From contig CAYYME010000001.1 of the NCBI GenBank assembly GCA_964473005.1, positions 1 through 58,114 of the forward strand: DNA of 58,114 nt, given 5' to 3'. Every line of letters begins with the position of its first letter. The first letter of the stretch is position 1. Below the pieces are notes generated by a model. It was given only the letters and a program-made list of their open reading frames with translations. It was not told the DNA's origin and made no database searches. The stretch comes from Candidatus Woesearchaeota archaeon (GTDB lineage Archaea; Nanobdellota; Nanobdellia; Pacearchaeales; GW2011-AR1). The translations under genes and the position numbers were made by a program. Positions 9,354-17,952 of the stretch are shown here, piece after piece.

Positions 9354-10733
9354 TCAATCACCAATATCTCCTTTCTTAGAATAATAGAAAAGTCCTGCAA
9401 GATAAATGCCCTGGCTTATAAGAGTTGCAACGCATGCCCCAATTACTGCATAAAAATCTCCGAATTTTAAGAGAGAGGTAATTAAGAAATAGTTTAGAGT
9501 TATATTTATTATTGTAGATGTTATTAATAGTTTTGCAATAATTTTGGGGTTATTTTTTGACATAAAATAGGCTATATAGATTCCTGTAATCGGAATAATC
9601 AAAAGCAAAGCAGAAAGTAACCTCAAAACATTTGTTGAAAGAAGATATTCTTGGCCATATATTATTCGGACTGCGAAACCAGATACAAGCACGGTTAAGC
9701 CAAATAAAATCAGACAAAGCAGGAATACAATCTTTAATGATCTTTTCACTGCTCTTTCCAGGCTTTTTCTTTTCATTCTGCTAAAAATAGGCAATAAAAC
9801 AATACCTCCAAATCCTGCTAAAGATACCAAGGCGCCTATAAGACCGAATGCTGCAGTATAATATCCTATAAACTCTGCTCCTACAAAGCGCCCAAGCATT
9901 ATTTTATCTATATTTCCGAAAAAGACTCCTGAGAGGACAATTATAGATATTGGAATGAGAAAATGATTAACCTCTTTTCTATTTTTCAGAGATAGCCCTG
10001 AGTTGTCTGCTTTTAAGAATAAGGATTTTTTCTTAATGATTATTGACAAGTATAAGCTGGAAAACAAATAAGAAACAGACAACCCTATAATAACATAAAA
10101 AAGAATTATTTCATTAGACAAAGAAATTTTTAATGTATAAATTACTGCTAACGGGACTAAAATCACCCTTGCTATCTGAAAAATAATTTCTTGATAAAAA
10201 ACCCCCCTAAAATAATTTGAAGCCTGTAAAATAGAAGAAAATAGGCTCATTAAATTTATGAACAGTATATAAAACACTCCTGCAACCAAAGCAAGAAATA
10301 ATGGCTTTTGATAATAAACCTCTGAAATAAATCTGGAGGTAATTAATAATAGAAATGCGGATATAAATATCAACACTATTTTTAATTTTCCAAGATATAT
10401 AACATATTCTTTTGCTTTTTTATTATTGTTTTTACCTAAAAATTTGGAAACATAACGAACGAGTGTTGAATTTACACCTAATTCAGAAAATGCACCAAAT
10501 ATTAATATTGTGCTTAAAGCCAGACTATACAAACCAAAAAGCTCGGGCATCAGCAATCTTGCCAGTATAATAGTAAAAATTAAACTACCTATTTTTGCGA
10601 CAATGCTTGTTGAAAATTGATAGAGGCTGTTTTTAATTGCAAGCCCTATATTTCCTGAAAAATCTCTTTTTTTAATTCTTCTAAAAATTTCTTTTATATC
10701 TCCTTTTTCTTCTTTAATCAAACTCTGTTTCAT
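9354..10733 (-). CDS. polysaccharide/oligosaccharide flippase (MOP/Wzx-like) membrane protein
   Basis: 459 aa, many predicted TM helices, N-terminal ...ILARLLMPELFGLYSLALS typical of the polysaccharide-biosynthesis-protein family. Confidence 0.7.
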   Translation of the reverse strand: MKQSLIKEEKGDIKEIFRRIKKRDFSGNIGLAIKNSLYQFSTSIVAKIGSLIFTIILARLLMPELFGLYSLALSTILIFGAFSELGVNSTLVRYVSKFLGKNNNKKAKEYVIYLGKLKIVLIFISAFLLLITSRFISEVYYQKPLFLALVAGVFYILFINLMSLFSSILQASNYFRGVFYQEIIFQIARVILVPLAVIYTLKISLSNEIILFYVIIGLSVSYLFSSLYLSIIIKKKSLFLKADNSGLSLKNRKEVNHFLIPISIIVLSGVFFGNIDKIMLGRFVGAEFIGYYTAAFGLIGALVSLAGFGGIVLLPIFSRMKRKSLERAVKRSLKIVFLLCLILFGLTVLVSGFAVRIIYGQEYLLSTNVLRLLSALLLIIPITGIYIAYFMSKNNPKIIAKLLITSTIINITLNYFLITSLLKFGDFYAVIGACVATLISQGIYLAGLFYYSKKGDIGD

Positions 10734-10826
10734 AGTTCGTCAAGGTTTTGTTAGTTTTTATTCTTTATGAAAATTGTTTTATTCTAATTTAGAAAATTTA
10801 AAAAACCGACTATTAACAAAATGATT

Positions 10827-12353
10827 TCACTCTTCCATTTTCTTTATTATCTCACTGAAAGCAGGACGGGTTATGAATACTCCGACGCTGATTCCTATTA
10901 TTGTTGTTATTGCAAATCCCTTGAGAAGCCCGGCACCAGCCCATAAAAGGGGGAGAAGAGAGACAAGCACAGTAAAATAAGCTCCGATGATAATTACAAA
11001 CGCCCTCTTTATTTTTTGTTTTAGAGTCAGGATTGCTTTTTGCTTTGCCTCATCTAAGATAACTATCTGGTCATCAAATCCAGTACCTATTGTCGCTAAA
11101 ATTCCTGCAATGCTCATTAAATCCAGATTCCATTTAATAAAAGATGCAATTCCTAAAATCAGGATTATTTCTGAAAAACTAGTCAGAATTAATGCAAGAG
11201 AAGACTTGAAATTTCTGTATCTGATAAAAACAACTATTGAAGAAGAAATCAGGGCCACCATTCCTGCTATGAGAATGAATTTGGTAAACTGGTTTCCTAA
11301 AACAGGGGAAATTGTGTCAAGTTTTGCTATTTCTAATTTGTATGGAAGACTTCCTGTAATAAGAATTGTCTGGAGTTTGTGCATGGAACTTTTTGCATCA
11401 TCATAAGCAAAATCCATTGTTGTTCCTGAACCTGAACCCTGTATTGAAATTTGCGGTTCAGCTCTTCCTTTCAGTCCCTTGCTAATAGAAAGGCTATCCA
11501 CAAGAATATCATCAACATATAAATCAAGGGGTTTATCCAGATATTCAGAATTATTAAGGCTTATTCCCAATTTATCTGTAATTTCTGCGTGCCTTTTCGC
11601 TGCATCTGCACTTAAAGTCACTGAAAATCTGAAATTAGCATAGTAATTTCCGTCAGAAGACTGTTGTGGTGTTTCTATATATGCACATGTTGCATCATTT
11701 CTGCAGACAGAGGCAATGTCCTGTTCTCCTCCAATAAACACGGTTTCATTTCCTATCTTAGCCTCGAATTTACCCTGCTGAGAAACCATTTCTTTCAAAT
11801 CTTTTGGTGTTGCCCCTGCAATTTCTATCAGCATAAAATGGTCTCCTGTTAAATCAGATACAGGAAGAACCTTTAAATCCGTCAGCCCAAATTCATTTAA
11901 TCTGTTACGGGTTATGTCCACCAAATCAGCTACTTCCTCAGATGTTAATTTTTTCCCTTCTGCTTTTACCAGGGCCCTTGAACCTCCTGCAAGGTCGAGC
12001 CCAAGTTTAATATTTGTCCTCTGGACTTCTGAAACTGTGATTTGCGGTGCTTCTTTTGAATATAAAATTATTTCATTTTCATTTGTTTTGAGGATTGTTT
12101 TCACACTTTGATTAGAAATGTATTTTCCATATAAGGTATTTGTAAAATCTTCAAGATTTTTTATTTCTCTTCCGTCAATTTGGGTAATTACCTGCCCCTG
12201 CCTCAACCCTTGCTCAAAAGCTGTTGAATTTGAATCCACGCTTGTTATTAAGACCCCTTTCTGAAGAAAATTCGGAGTTATGAAAATTGATATTAAAGCC
12301 AAAACTAAAAGAACTATCAAAAGCCAAATCCTGAATCCAAGTTTAAGTCTCAT
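10827..12353 (-). CDS. secD: protein-export membrane protein SecD
   Basis: N-terminal TM, large extracytoplasmic domain, C-terminal 6-TM bundle; ATGA-type overlap with secF upstream. Confidence 0.85.
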   Translation of the reverse strand: MRLKLGFRIWLLIVLLVLALISIFITPNFLQKGVLITSVDSNSTAFEQGLRQGQVITQIDGREIKNLEDFTNTLYGKYISNQSVKTILKTNENEIILYSKEAPQITVSEVQRTNIKLGLDLAGGSRALVKAEGKKLTSEEVADLVDITRNRLNEFGLTDLKVLPVSDLTGDHFMLIEIAGATPKDLKEMVSQQGKFEAKIGNETVFIGGEQDIASVCRNDATCAYIETPQQSSDGNYYANFRFSVTLSADAAKRHAEITDKLGISLNNSEYLDKPLDLYVDDILVDSLSISKGLKGRAEPQISIQGSGSGTTMDFAYDDAKSSMHKLQTILITGSLPYKLEIAKLDTISPVLGNQFTKFILIAGMVALISSSIVVFIRYRNFKSSLALILTSFSEIILILGIASFIKWNLDLMSIAGILATIGTGFDDQIVILDEAKQKAILTLKQKIKRAFVIIIGAYFTVLVSLLPLLWAGAGLLKGFAITTIIGISVGVFITRPAFSEIIKKMEE

Positions 12354-13270
12354 TTTCTTTTTTCAACATACCATTTAATTATTGAGGCATTGGTTATCCA
12401 GGTGTTGAATATATCAAATCCAAGCCCTATGACTAATATTGTAAAAATCTGCGTCAGCACAGCTGAAAAAGAACGAACAACAAGCAGGGCAACCCCGATA
12501 GCAACAAGAGAAGTTAATGTCATGGTTATTCCTGTTTTAAATGCACCATAAATTCTTTCGTTTATAGAGCCTTCTGTTCTCTTCAAAAGCCTGTTATTTA
12601 GAAGAATATCTGTATCAACAGAATAACCTATAAGCATTAAAAAGGCCACAATTCCTGCAGTTGACATTTTCAGCCCTAAAATATTCACAAACACTAAAGT
12701 CATTAAAATATCTGCAAATGCCGAGAGAATAACTGCTGCTGAAGGAACAAATGTCCTAAAAATTATAAAGACAACAGCTGCCATAAAAACAAAAGCTATC
12801 AGGATTGCTATCAGGAGCTGTTTATAAAAACTCGCACCCAGAGTTGATCCCGTGCATTCAAAACTGCTGTTCTCTCCGTCAATTAATTGGTAACCTAAAT
12901 AACCCTCAAGAACATTCTTAATTTGGTTAATTTGGGATTCGTTACATCCTTCATTTTTGGTTTCAATAATTACTGCTTTCTGCTCCCGAGTTATCAAATC
13001 ATAAACTTCCCTTACATTAATATCATCTAATTTTCCGGAAAGAGCCTGCTTCAATTCTTCAATATTTATTTTTTCAGAAATTGTGATGGTGGTTCCTCCT
13101 GTAAGGGAGATATCCTTGTGAATAAAATCTCCGTGCTGCTGATAAAAAGCCACCATATAAATAAAAGAAAAAATTAATATTGCCAAAGGCAGCAATAATA
13201 ATAATTTGTAATGCCGATTATACCATTTTCCCTTTTGCGGTTCTTCCCCCTGATTTTGCTGTTCTTCCAT
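12350..13270 (-). CDS. secF: protein-export membrane protein SecF
   Basis: SecF-like topology and pairing with secD. Start moved to MEEQQNQ (13270) because the longer ORF (to 13309) runs into the tRNA gene at 13280-13367. Confidence 0.8.
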   Translation of the reverse strand: MEEQQNQGEEPQKGKWYNRHYKLLLLLPLAILIFSFIYMVAFYQQHGDFIHKDISLTGGTTITISEKINIEELKQALSGKLDDINVREVYDLITREQKAVIIETKNEGCNESQINQIKNVLEGYLGYQLIDGENSSFECTGSTLGASFYKQLLIAILIAFVFMAAVVFIIFRTFVPSAAVILSAFADILMTLVFVNILGLKMSTAGIVAFLMLIGYSVDTDILLNNRLLKRTEGSINERIYGAFKTGITMTLTSLVAIGVALLVVRSFSAVLTQIFTILVIGLGFDIFNTWITNASIIKWYVEKRK

Positions 13271-13279
13271 CTTAAAAGA

Positions 13280-13367
13280 TGCGCGGATCGGGATTCGAAC
13301 CCGAGTCATCTGCTATCCTCAGATAATATGATGGAGGGCAGAGGTTCTACCACTGAACTATCCACGC
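13280..13367 (-). tRNA. intron-containing tRNA, probably Gly(UCC) after splicing at a bulge-helix-bulge motif
   Basis: Cloverleaf by hand: acceptor GCGTGGA/TCCGCGC+A, D GTTC/GAAC, anticodon stem TCTGC/GCAGA, variable TGAC, T TCGGG-TTCGAAT-CCCGA. A 17-nt intron is flanked by 4-bp helix CCTC/GAGG and 3-nt bulges CAT and ATA. Confidence 0.6.
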
Positions 13368-13409
13368 ACATAATAATATGCAAAAAACTATTTAATAAAG
13401 TTTACTAAA

Positions 13410-13484
13410 CGCCCGAGGTAGGATTTGAACCTACGACTTCTTCCTTAGGGGGGAAGCACTCTATCCAGACTGAGTTACTCGGGC
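13410..13484 (-). tRNA. tRNA-Arg(CCU) with C at position 33
   Basis: Perfect cloverleaf: GCCCGAG/CTCGGGC+G, ACTC/GAGT, CTTCC-CCCCTAA-GGAAG, variable AAGTC, GTAGG-TTCAAAT-CCTAC. Confidence 0.8.
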
Positions 13485-13493
13485 ATATAAAAC

Positions 13494-13511
13494 GAAGGAT
13501 TCGAACCTTCG
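13494..13511 (-). repeat. isolated exact 18-nt copy of the T-arm of the neighbouring tRNA-Leu (second copy at 13622-13639)
   Basis: gaaggattcgaaccttcg occurs twice, 128 nt apart; no convincing cloverleaf around the first copy. Confidence 0.7.
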
Positions 13512-13613
13512 GTCAAAAATTTCTTACGAAATTTCATCGGGCTTGATTCGAATCTTCAATATTCTCGCTTCACTGCGAATGAGACACCCCATCTAAATTT
13601 GGAAATCTCACAA

Positions 13614-13697
13614 TGCGGGAAGAAGGATTCGAACCTTCGCAAGCACTAAGCTACTGGAGCCTTAATCCAGCCCGTTTGACCACTCCGGCATTCCCGC
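13614..13697 (-). tRNA. class II tRNA-Leu with apparent anticodon AAG
   Basis: GCGGGAA/TTCCCGC+A, D-loop AGTGGTCAAA, anticodon arm CTGGA-TTAAGGC-TCCAG, long variable arm, T arm GAAGG-TTCGAAT-CCTTC. Confidence 0.75.
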
Positions 13698-13834
13698 TGA
13701 ACAGGTTCACGAGACTTTCTTCCATCAATAACGTGTGAGCCTGTGAACTTTGAAAATATCAAAAATTAGAAGTATAAAAACTTATTTCAACCTACCATAT
13801 AAATATTTTTAAAATCCAAAAATGATGTTCTTTG

Positions 13835-13990
13835 ATGGTTAGTGAAAAGATAATAAAAGTGGCAATTATTGCAGGGGCAGCAAGTGCATTAGCATACAAG
13901 GATAAAAACCCAAGAGAAACCAATGAACAGATAATTCAGAAAGTAACAAAAAATATAAGGGAAATTCTTGAAAAAATTGACAAAGATTAA
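13835..13990 (+). CDS. small hypothetical protein (51 aa, MVSEKIIKVAIIAGAASALAYKDKNPRETNEQ...)
   Basis: ATG-to-TAA frame read by hand between the tRNA cluster and 5S; below the ORF-track cutoff. Confidence 0.3.
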   Translation: MVSEKIIKVAIIAGAASALAYKDKNPRETNEQIIQKVTKNIREILEKIDKD

Positions 13991-14033
13991 GACTGATAGC
14001 AACCTTTAAATAGAGGTTTTATTTTCAAAAATA

Positions 14034-14145
14034 GAGACGGCCATAGTAATTGGGTAATACCCGGTCCCATTCCGAACCCGGAAGTCAAGTCAATTACGCC
14101 GTATGCGGTAGTGGCCGACAAGCTGCGAAGCGTTGGTGCTGTCTC
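14034..14145 (+). rRNA. rrf: 5S rRNA (not linked to 16S/23S in this window)
   Basis: Conserved CCCGGTCCCATTCCGAACCCGGAAGTCAAG core; terminal helix GAGACGGC/GCTGTCTC; ends approximate. Confidence 0.85.
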
Positions 14146-14286
14146 AACTTTCTTTGATAATTTTAAGCATCATAAGACTTAAACCCAAACATATATTCCA
14201 CTTTCATAATCTTTTTTAGAATTGGTAAACCCATAAATAAAAATTACTTCTTTCATAATCAAATTTGTTAAAAGAACTAATTAAAA

Positions 14287-14484
14287 TTAACTTTTCTTAA
14301 ATTTCCCGATTAATTCTATAAAATCTTTCTGCCCCAAGAAAACAGCCCTGCAGCAATATCTTTCAACCCCTAACTCATCGAGGACTTTTTTAGGTGATTC
14401 TCCTGCTTCTGTTCTCTTTTTGTATTCTTCCCATAAATGCCCTATGGGTTTTCCGCAGGAAAAACATCTGACAGGGACTATCAT
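14287..14484 (-). CDS. rpoN: DNA-directed RNA polymerase subunit N (Rpo10)
   Basis: MIVPVRCFSCGKPIG...YCCR zinc-binding signature, 65 aa. Confidence 0.9.
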   Translation of the reverse strand: MIVPVRCFSCGKPIGHLWEEYKKRTEAGESPKKVLDELGVERYCCRAVFLGQKDFIELIGKFKKS

Positions 14485-14604
14485 AATATTAATGCTCCAT
14501 TATCATTTTTAAAACTTCCTATAGTTAAATTTATATATAATCCTTTATCTGTAATGCTGAGGTGTTGGCAATCAACCTCAGATGCCTAATTCTGAGATAA
14601 TAAA

Positions 14605-15288
14605 ATGAAACAGGATATTATTGAACTGAAAAACGTGGCAAAGCATTATGAAATGGGACATGACTTAGTCAAAGCCCTTGACGGAATTGATGTAAAAATA
14701 AATCAGGGAGATTTTGTTGCGATTGTCGGGCCCAGTGGTTCTGGAAAAAGCACTATGATGAATATGGTTGGTGCTCTGGACTTGCCGACAAAAGGAGTTG
14801 TTTATCTTGACGGAGAGGATATCACTTGTTTTGAAGAATCCCATCTTGCCCAGATAAGAGGAAACAAAATTGGCTTTGTTTTCCAGACTTTTAATCTGAT
14901 TCCTACACTAACTGCTGCTGAAAATATTGCATTGCCTATGATTTTTCAGGGAATCGGCAAAGAAGAAAGAGTGGAGAGAGTTGAAAAAATATTAAAAGAT
15001 GTAAATTTAATTCACAGAAAAAATCACCTGCCTAGTGAACTTTCCGGCGGTGAAAGACAAAGAGTTGCAATCGGAAGGGCACTGGCAAACAATCCAGAGG
15101 TAATTCTTGCAGATGAGCCAACAGGAAATCTGGACAGCAAAACAGGACTTGAAATTATGAACTTATTCAAACAATTAAACAAAAAAGGGAAAACAATAAT
15201 CTTGGTTACTCATGATTTGAACTTAATTAAATATGCATCGAAAGTTTTAAAAATCAGGGATGGGAAGTTGGAGAACAGAAAAAAATGA
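14605..15288 (+). CDS. ABC transporter ATP-binding protein (MacB/LolD-like)
   Basis: Walker A GPSGSGKST, signature LSGGERQR, Walker B ILADEPTGNLD. Confidence 0.9.
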   Translation: MKQDIIELKNVAKHYEMGHDLVKALDGIDVKINQGDFVAIVGPSGSGKSTMMNMVGALDLPTKGVVYLDGEDITCFEESHLAQIRGNKIGFVFQTFNLIPTLTAAENIALPMIFQGIGKEERVERVEKILKDVNLIHRKNHLPSELSGGERQRVAIGRALANNPEVILADEPTGNLDSKTGLEIMNLFKQLNKKGKTIILVTHDLNLIKYASKVLKIRDGKLENRKK

Positions 15289-16163
15289 AAACTAAATTCC
15301 TCTTAATAATCTGTATGTTTTTAATCAGTTTGGGCTTTATCTCAGCTGTGTCTGTCACAGATGTATCCACCTCTCCTGCAGAAGTTTCTCCAGGAGAAAC
15401 AGTAAAAGTAACCCTCGAAATAGAAAACATTTTTGACTATGATGTTTATAATTTAAATGTTAAACTGGATTTGTCAGGAGAAAACGTGCCTTTTGCACCT
15501 TATGAGTCAAGTTCAGAGAAATTCCTGGATGAACTTGAAAGTGATGAGAATGAAGATTTTGAATTCAGATTAATTGTTCTTCCGGACACTTCCACAGGTA
15601 TTTACAAAATTCCTGTGGAAATAAGTTATTCTTATAAAGAAGGAAATGACACTTTTCCAGGGAATAAAACAGAATTGATAAGTATTACAGTAAATTCAAA
15701 GCCTGAATTAAAGATTTCACTTGATGATTCTGCTGTTCTTATCAAAGGAAGAGAAAATACTTTTTCCATAAAGATAATTAATTCCGGGCTTTCTGATGTT
15801 AAGTTTGTTTATATAAGTATCAACGAAACCACAAAACTGAAAATTTTCTCAGAGAAAGAGCAGTATATAGGAGATATAGACAGCGATGATTTTGACAGCG
15901 CCAAATATAATGTTTATCTTGAAGAAGATACGCCGAATTCAATTTCTCTGCCTGTAACATTAAAATTCAGAGATTCAACAAATAAGGAGTTCAGTGAAAC
16001 CAAAACACTCACATTAAAAATATATTCCCTAAAAGAAGCCCAGGCACTAGGGCTTGTCAAAAAACCAAATTTCCTCCCATATGTGATTACTCTTGTTTTA
16101 CTTGCAGGATATGTTGTTTATAGAATTCTGAAGAAGAGAAAATTAAAGAAAGACAGGAGATAA
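15285..16163 (+). CDS. secreted beta-rich protein with C-terminal TM anchor (S-layer/CARDB-like), ABC-transporter associated
   Basis: N-terminal signal/TM, C-terminal TM + KKRKLKKDRR tail; ATGA overlap with the ATPase gene, 1-nt gap to the permease. Confidence 0.5.
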   Translation: MKTKFLLIICMFLISLGFISAVSVTDVSTSPAEVSPGETVKVTLEIENIFDYDVYNLNVKLDLSGENVPFAPYESSSEKFLDELESDENEDFEFRLIVLPDTSTGIYKIPVEISYSYKEGNDTFPGNKTELISITVNSKPELKISLDDSAVLIKGRENTFSIKIINSGLSDVKFVYISINETTKLKIFSEKEQYIGDIDSDDFDSAKYNVYLEEDTPNSISLPVTLKFRDSTNKEFSETKTLTLKIYSLKEAQALGLVKKPNFLPYVITLVLLAGYVVYRILKKRKLKKDRR

Positions 16164-16164
16164 A

Positions 16165-17373
16165 ATGAAAGACTATTTCTTTCTTGCATTTAACAATCTT
16201 AGAAGAAGAAAACTGAGAAGCTGGCTGACTATGATTGGAATTTTCATAGGCATTGCCGCGGTTGTTGCTTTGATTTCTCTCGGACAGGGCATGCAAGGTT
16301 ATATTAATGAAGAATTTGAAAAACTCGGAAAAGATAAAATTATGGTTCAGCCGACAGGTTTTGGAGTTCCTGGTTCTGGCACAAGTAAATCATTAATGCT
16401 CACAAATGATGATTTGAAATTTATACAAAATGTAAATGGCGTTGAATGGGCTCTGGGAATGCTTTATAAGCTCGGACAGGTAGAATTCAAAAAAGAATCA
16501 AAAGTAACTTATGCGATTGGGCTGAATCCTGAAGACATCGAACTTATGGCAGAAATACAAAGCTTTGAAATACAGGACGGCAGATGGTTAAAACCTGGTG
16601 ACAAGTATAAAATTGTTGTGGGATATAATCACGGATATGGGGATATCTGGAAGAGACAAACAGAATTGGGGGACACATTAATAATTGAGGGAAAAGAGTT
16701 CAAAGTTATAGGGATTGTAAAAAAGATAGGAAACCAATATGACGATTCCCAGATTTATATTTCAAAAGAAATTTTAAAAGAACTTTTTGAAACAGGTGAT
16801 GAGGAAAGTTATATTATGGCAAAAGCAGCACCTGGTTTTGAACCTGAAGATGTAGCAGAAAGTATTGAAAGAAAACTAAGACAATCCAGGGATGAAAAAG
16901 AAGGGCAGGAAACCTTCTCTGTCCAGACTTCAGAACAGCTTCTGCAGAGTTTTCAGAATATTTTCGGGGTTGTTCAGGCTGTTCTAGTTGGAATTGCTGC
17001 AATTTCCTTGATTGTTGGAGGAATCGGGATTATGAATACAATGTATACTGCAGTATTAGAGAGAACAAAAGAAATTGGGACAATGAAAGCAGTCGGAGCA
17101 AAAAATTCCGACATTCTGTTTATATTTTTATTTGAATCTGGTTTGCTGGGATTGGTTGGGGGCGCTATAGGTATTGGAATAGGAATGGGGCTTGCCAAAG
17201 GAGTGGAATATGCTTTAAGTGCAAGTATAGGAAGTTTTCTGCAGGCACATTTTTCCTGGTATTTAATATCAGGGGCCCTGGCTTTTTCTTTCTTAATAGG
17301 AACTGCATCGGGAATTTTCCCTGCAATGCAGGCAGCAAAATTAAAACCCGCTGATGCTTTGAGGTATGAATAA
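16165..17373 (+). CDS. ABC transporter permease, FtsX/MacB family
   Basis: N-terminal TM, large extracytoplasmic domain, C-terminal FtsX-like 3-TM bundle (ERTKEIGTMKAVGA). Confidence 0.85.
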   Translation: MKDYFFLAFNNLRRRKLRSWLTMIGIFIGIAAVVALISLGQGMQGYINEEFEKLGKDKIMVQPTGFGVPGSGTSKSLMLTNDDLKFIQNVNGVEWALGMLYKLGQVEFKKESKVTYAIGLNPEDIELMAEIQSFEIQDGRWLKPGDKYKIVVGYNHGYGDIWKRQTELGDTLIIEGKEFKVIGIVKKIGNQYDDSQIYISKEILKELFETGDEESYIMAKAAPGFEPEDVAESIERKLRQSRDEKEGQETFSVQTSEQLLQSFQNIFGVVQAVLVGIAAISLIVGGIGIMNTMYTAVLERTKEIGTMKAVGAKNSDILFIFLFESGLLGLVGGAIGIGIGMGLAKGVEYALSASIGSFLQAHFSWYLISGALAFSFLIGTASGIFPAMQAAKLKPADALRYE

Positions 17374-17440
17374 TTTCATAAACAAACACAAATCTTTAAA
17401 AACCAATTTTTCTTTTCTAATTCTTCAAAATTGGTGAAAC

Positions 17441-17635
17441 ATGAAAAAGTGTATTTACTGTGGTTCTGAAATTGATGATGAGTATGTTATAGATTTCTGT
17501 GAAAGATGTGGGGTAAAGGTCTGGGGGGAAAAAATGTTCGGTGCCATAGTTGAGAATATGGAAAATGCAAGAAAAAACGGGGATCTCTGCAATCAAAGAG
17601 CGGACAAAATAGAACAATTCAAATCTTCTTTTTAG
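17441..17635 (+). CDS. small zinc-ribbon protein
   Basis: CxxC...CxxC (CIYCGSEI...FCERCG), 64 aa. Confidence 0.5.
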   Translation: MKKCIYCGSEIDDEYVIDFCERCGVKVWGEKMFGAIVENMENARKNGDLCNQRADKIEQFKSSF

Positions 17636-17685
17636 TCATTAATTTCAAAAGATAGTTTTTTAAATATAATCCTTCTGACTAAATT

Positions 17686-17949
17686 ATGGTTCAAAGAAAA
17701 AATATAAGAACTCGCGGAAAAATACAACTCAGCAGATTTTTCCAGAAGCTGGAGAAAGGAGATGCTGTCTCTGTTGTAAGAAATGTCTCTGTAAAATCAA
17801 ATTTTCCTGTCAGACTTCAGGGAAGAACGGGGGTAGTTGAAAATTCACGGGGGAAGTTTTACCTTGTGCGAATCAAAGACAACAATAAAGAAAAGAAATT
17901 TTTGATTGAGCCAATACATTTAAAAAAAATGAAGAGCATGAAAAGATAG
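17686..17949 (+). CDS. rpl21e: 50S ribosomal protein L21e
   Basis: MVQRKNIRTRGKI...KGD.V SH3-like pattern; conserved position before rpoF. Confidence 0.85.
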   Translation: MVQRKNIRTRGKIQLSRFFQKLEKGDAVSVVRNVSVKSNFPVRLQGRTGVVENSRGKFYLVRIKDNNKEKKFLIEPIHLKKMKSMKR

Positions 17950-17952
17950 AAA

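Noticed and set aside
13271-13309. N-terminal extension of SecF (MTRVRIPIRASFK)
   Set aside because: The extension overlaps the 3' part of the tRNA gene at 13280-13367 and is simply its reverse-strand translation. The internal ATG at 13270 gives a normal SecF N-terminus.
13280-13367. Reading the intron-containing tRNA as Trp(CCA)
   Set aside because: The string CUCCA is present, but placing CCA at positions 34-36 requires an anticodon stem register (CTGCC/CAGAT) that does not pair. The TCTGC/GCAGA register with the BHB splice gives UCC.
13512-13613. A fourth tRNA between tRNA-Arg and tRNA-Leu
   Set aside because: Only the T-arm is convincing. The acceptor would need five consecutive G-U pairs, the D-loop would be 14 nt and no 7-nt anticodon loop with U33 can be drawn. 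I kept it as an unexplained duplication rather than a gene.
13698-13749. Apparent hairpin upstream of tRNA-Leu (gaacaggttcac ... cctgtgaac)
   Set aside because: On checking, the complementary halves are in the wrong order for a single stem. Only a 6-bp gttcac/gtgaac pairing remains.
14556-14580. Stem-loop (ctgagg...cctcag) in the 5' region of the ABC transporter gene as a possible riboswitch
   Set aside because: It is a single short hairpin of 6+3 bp with no conserved riboswitch core, so it is more likely an incidental or terminator-like structure.
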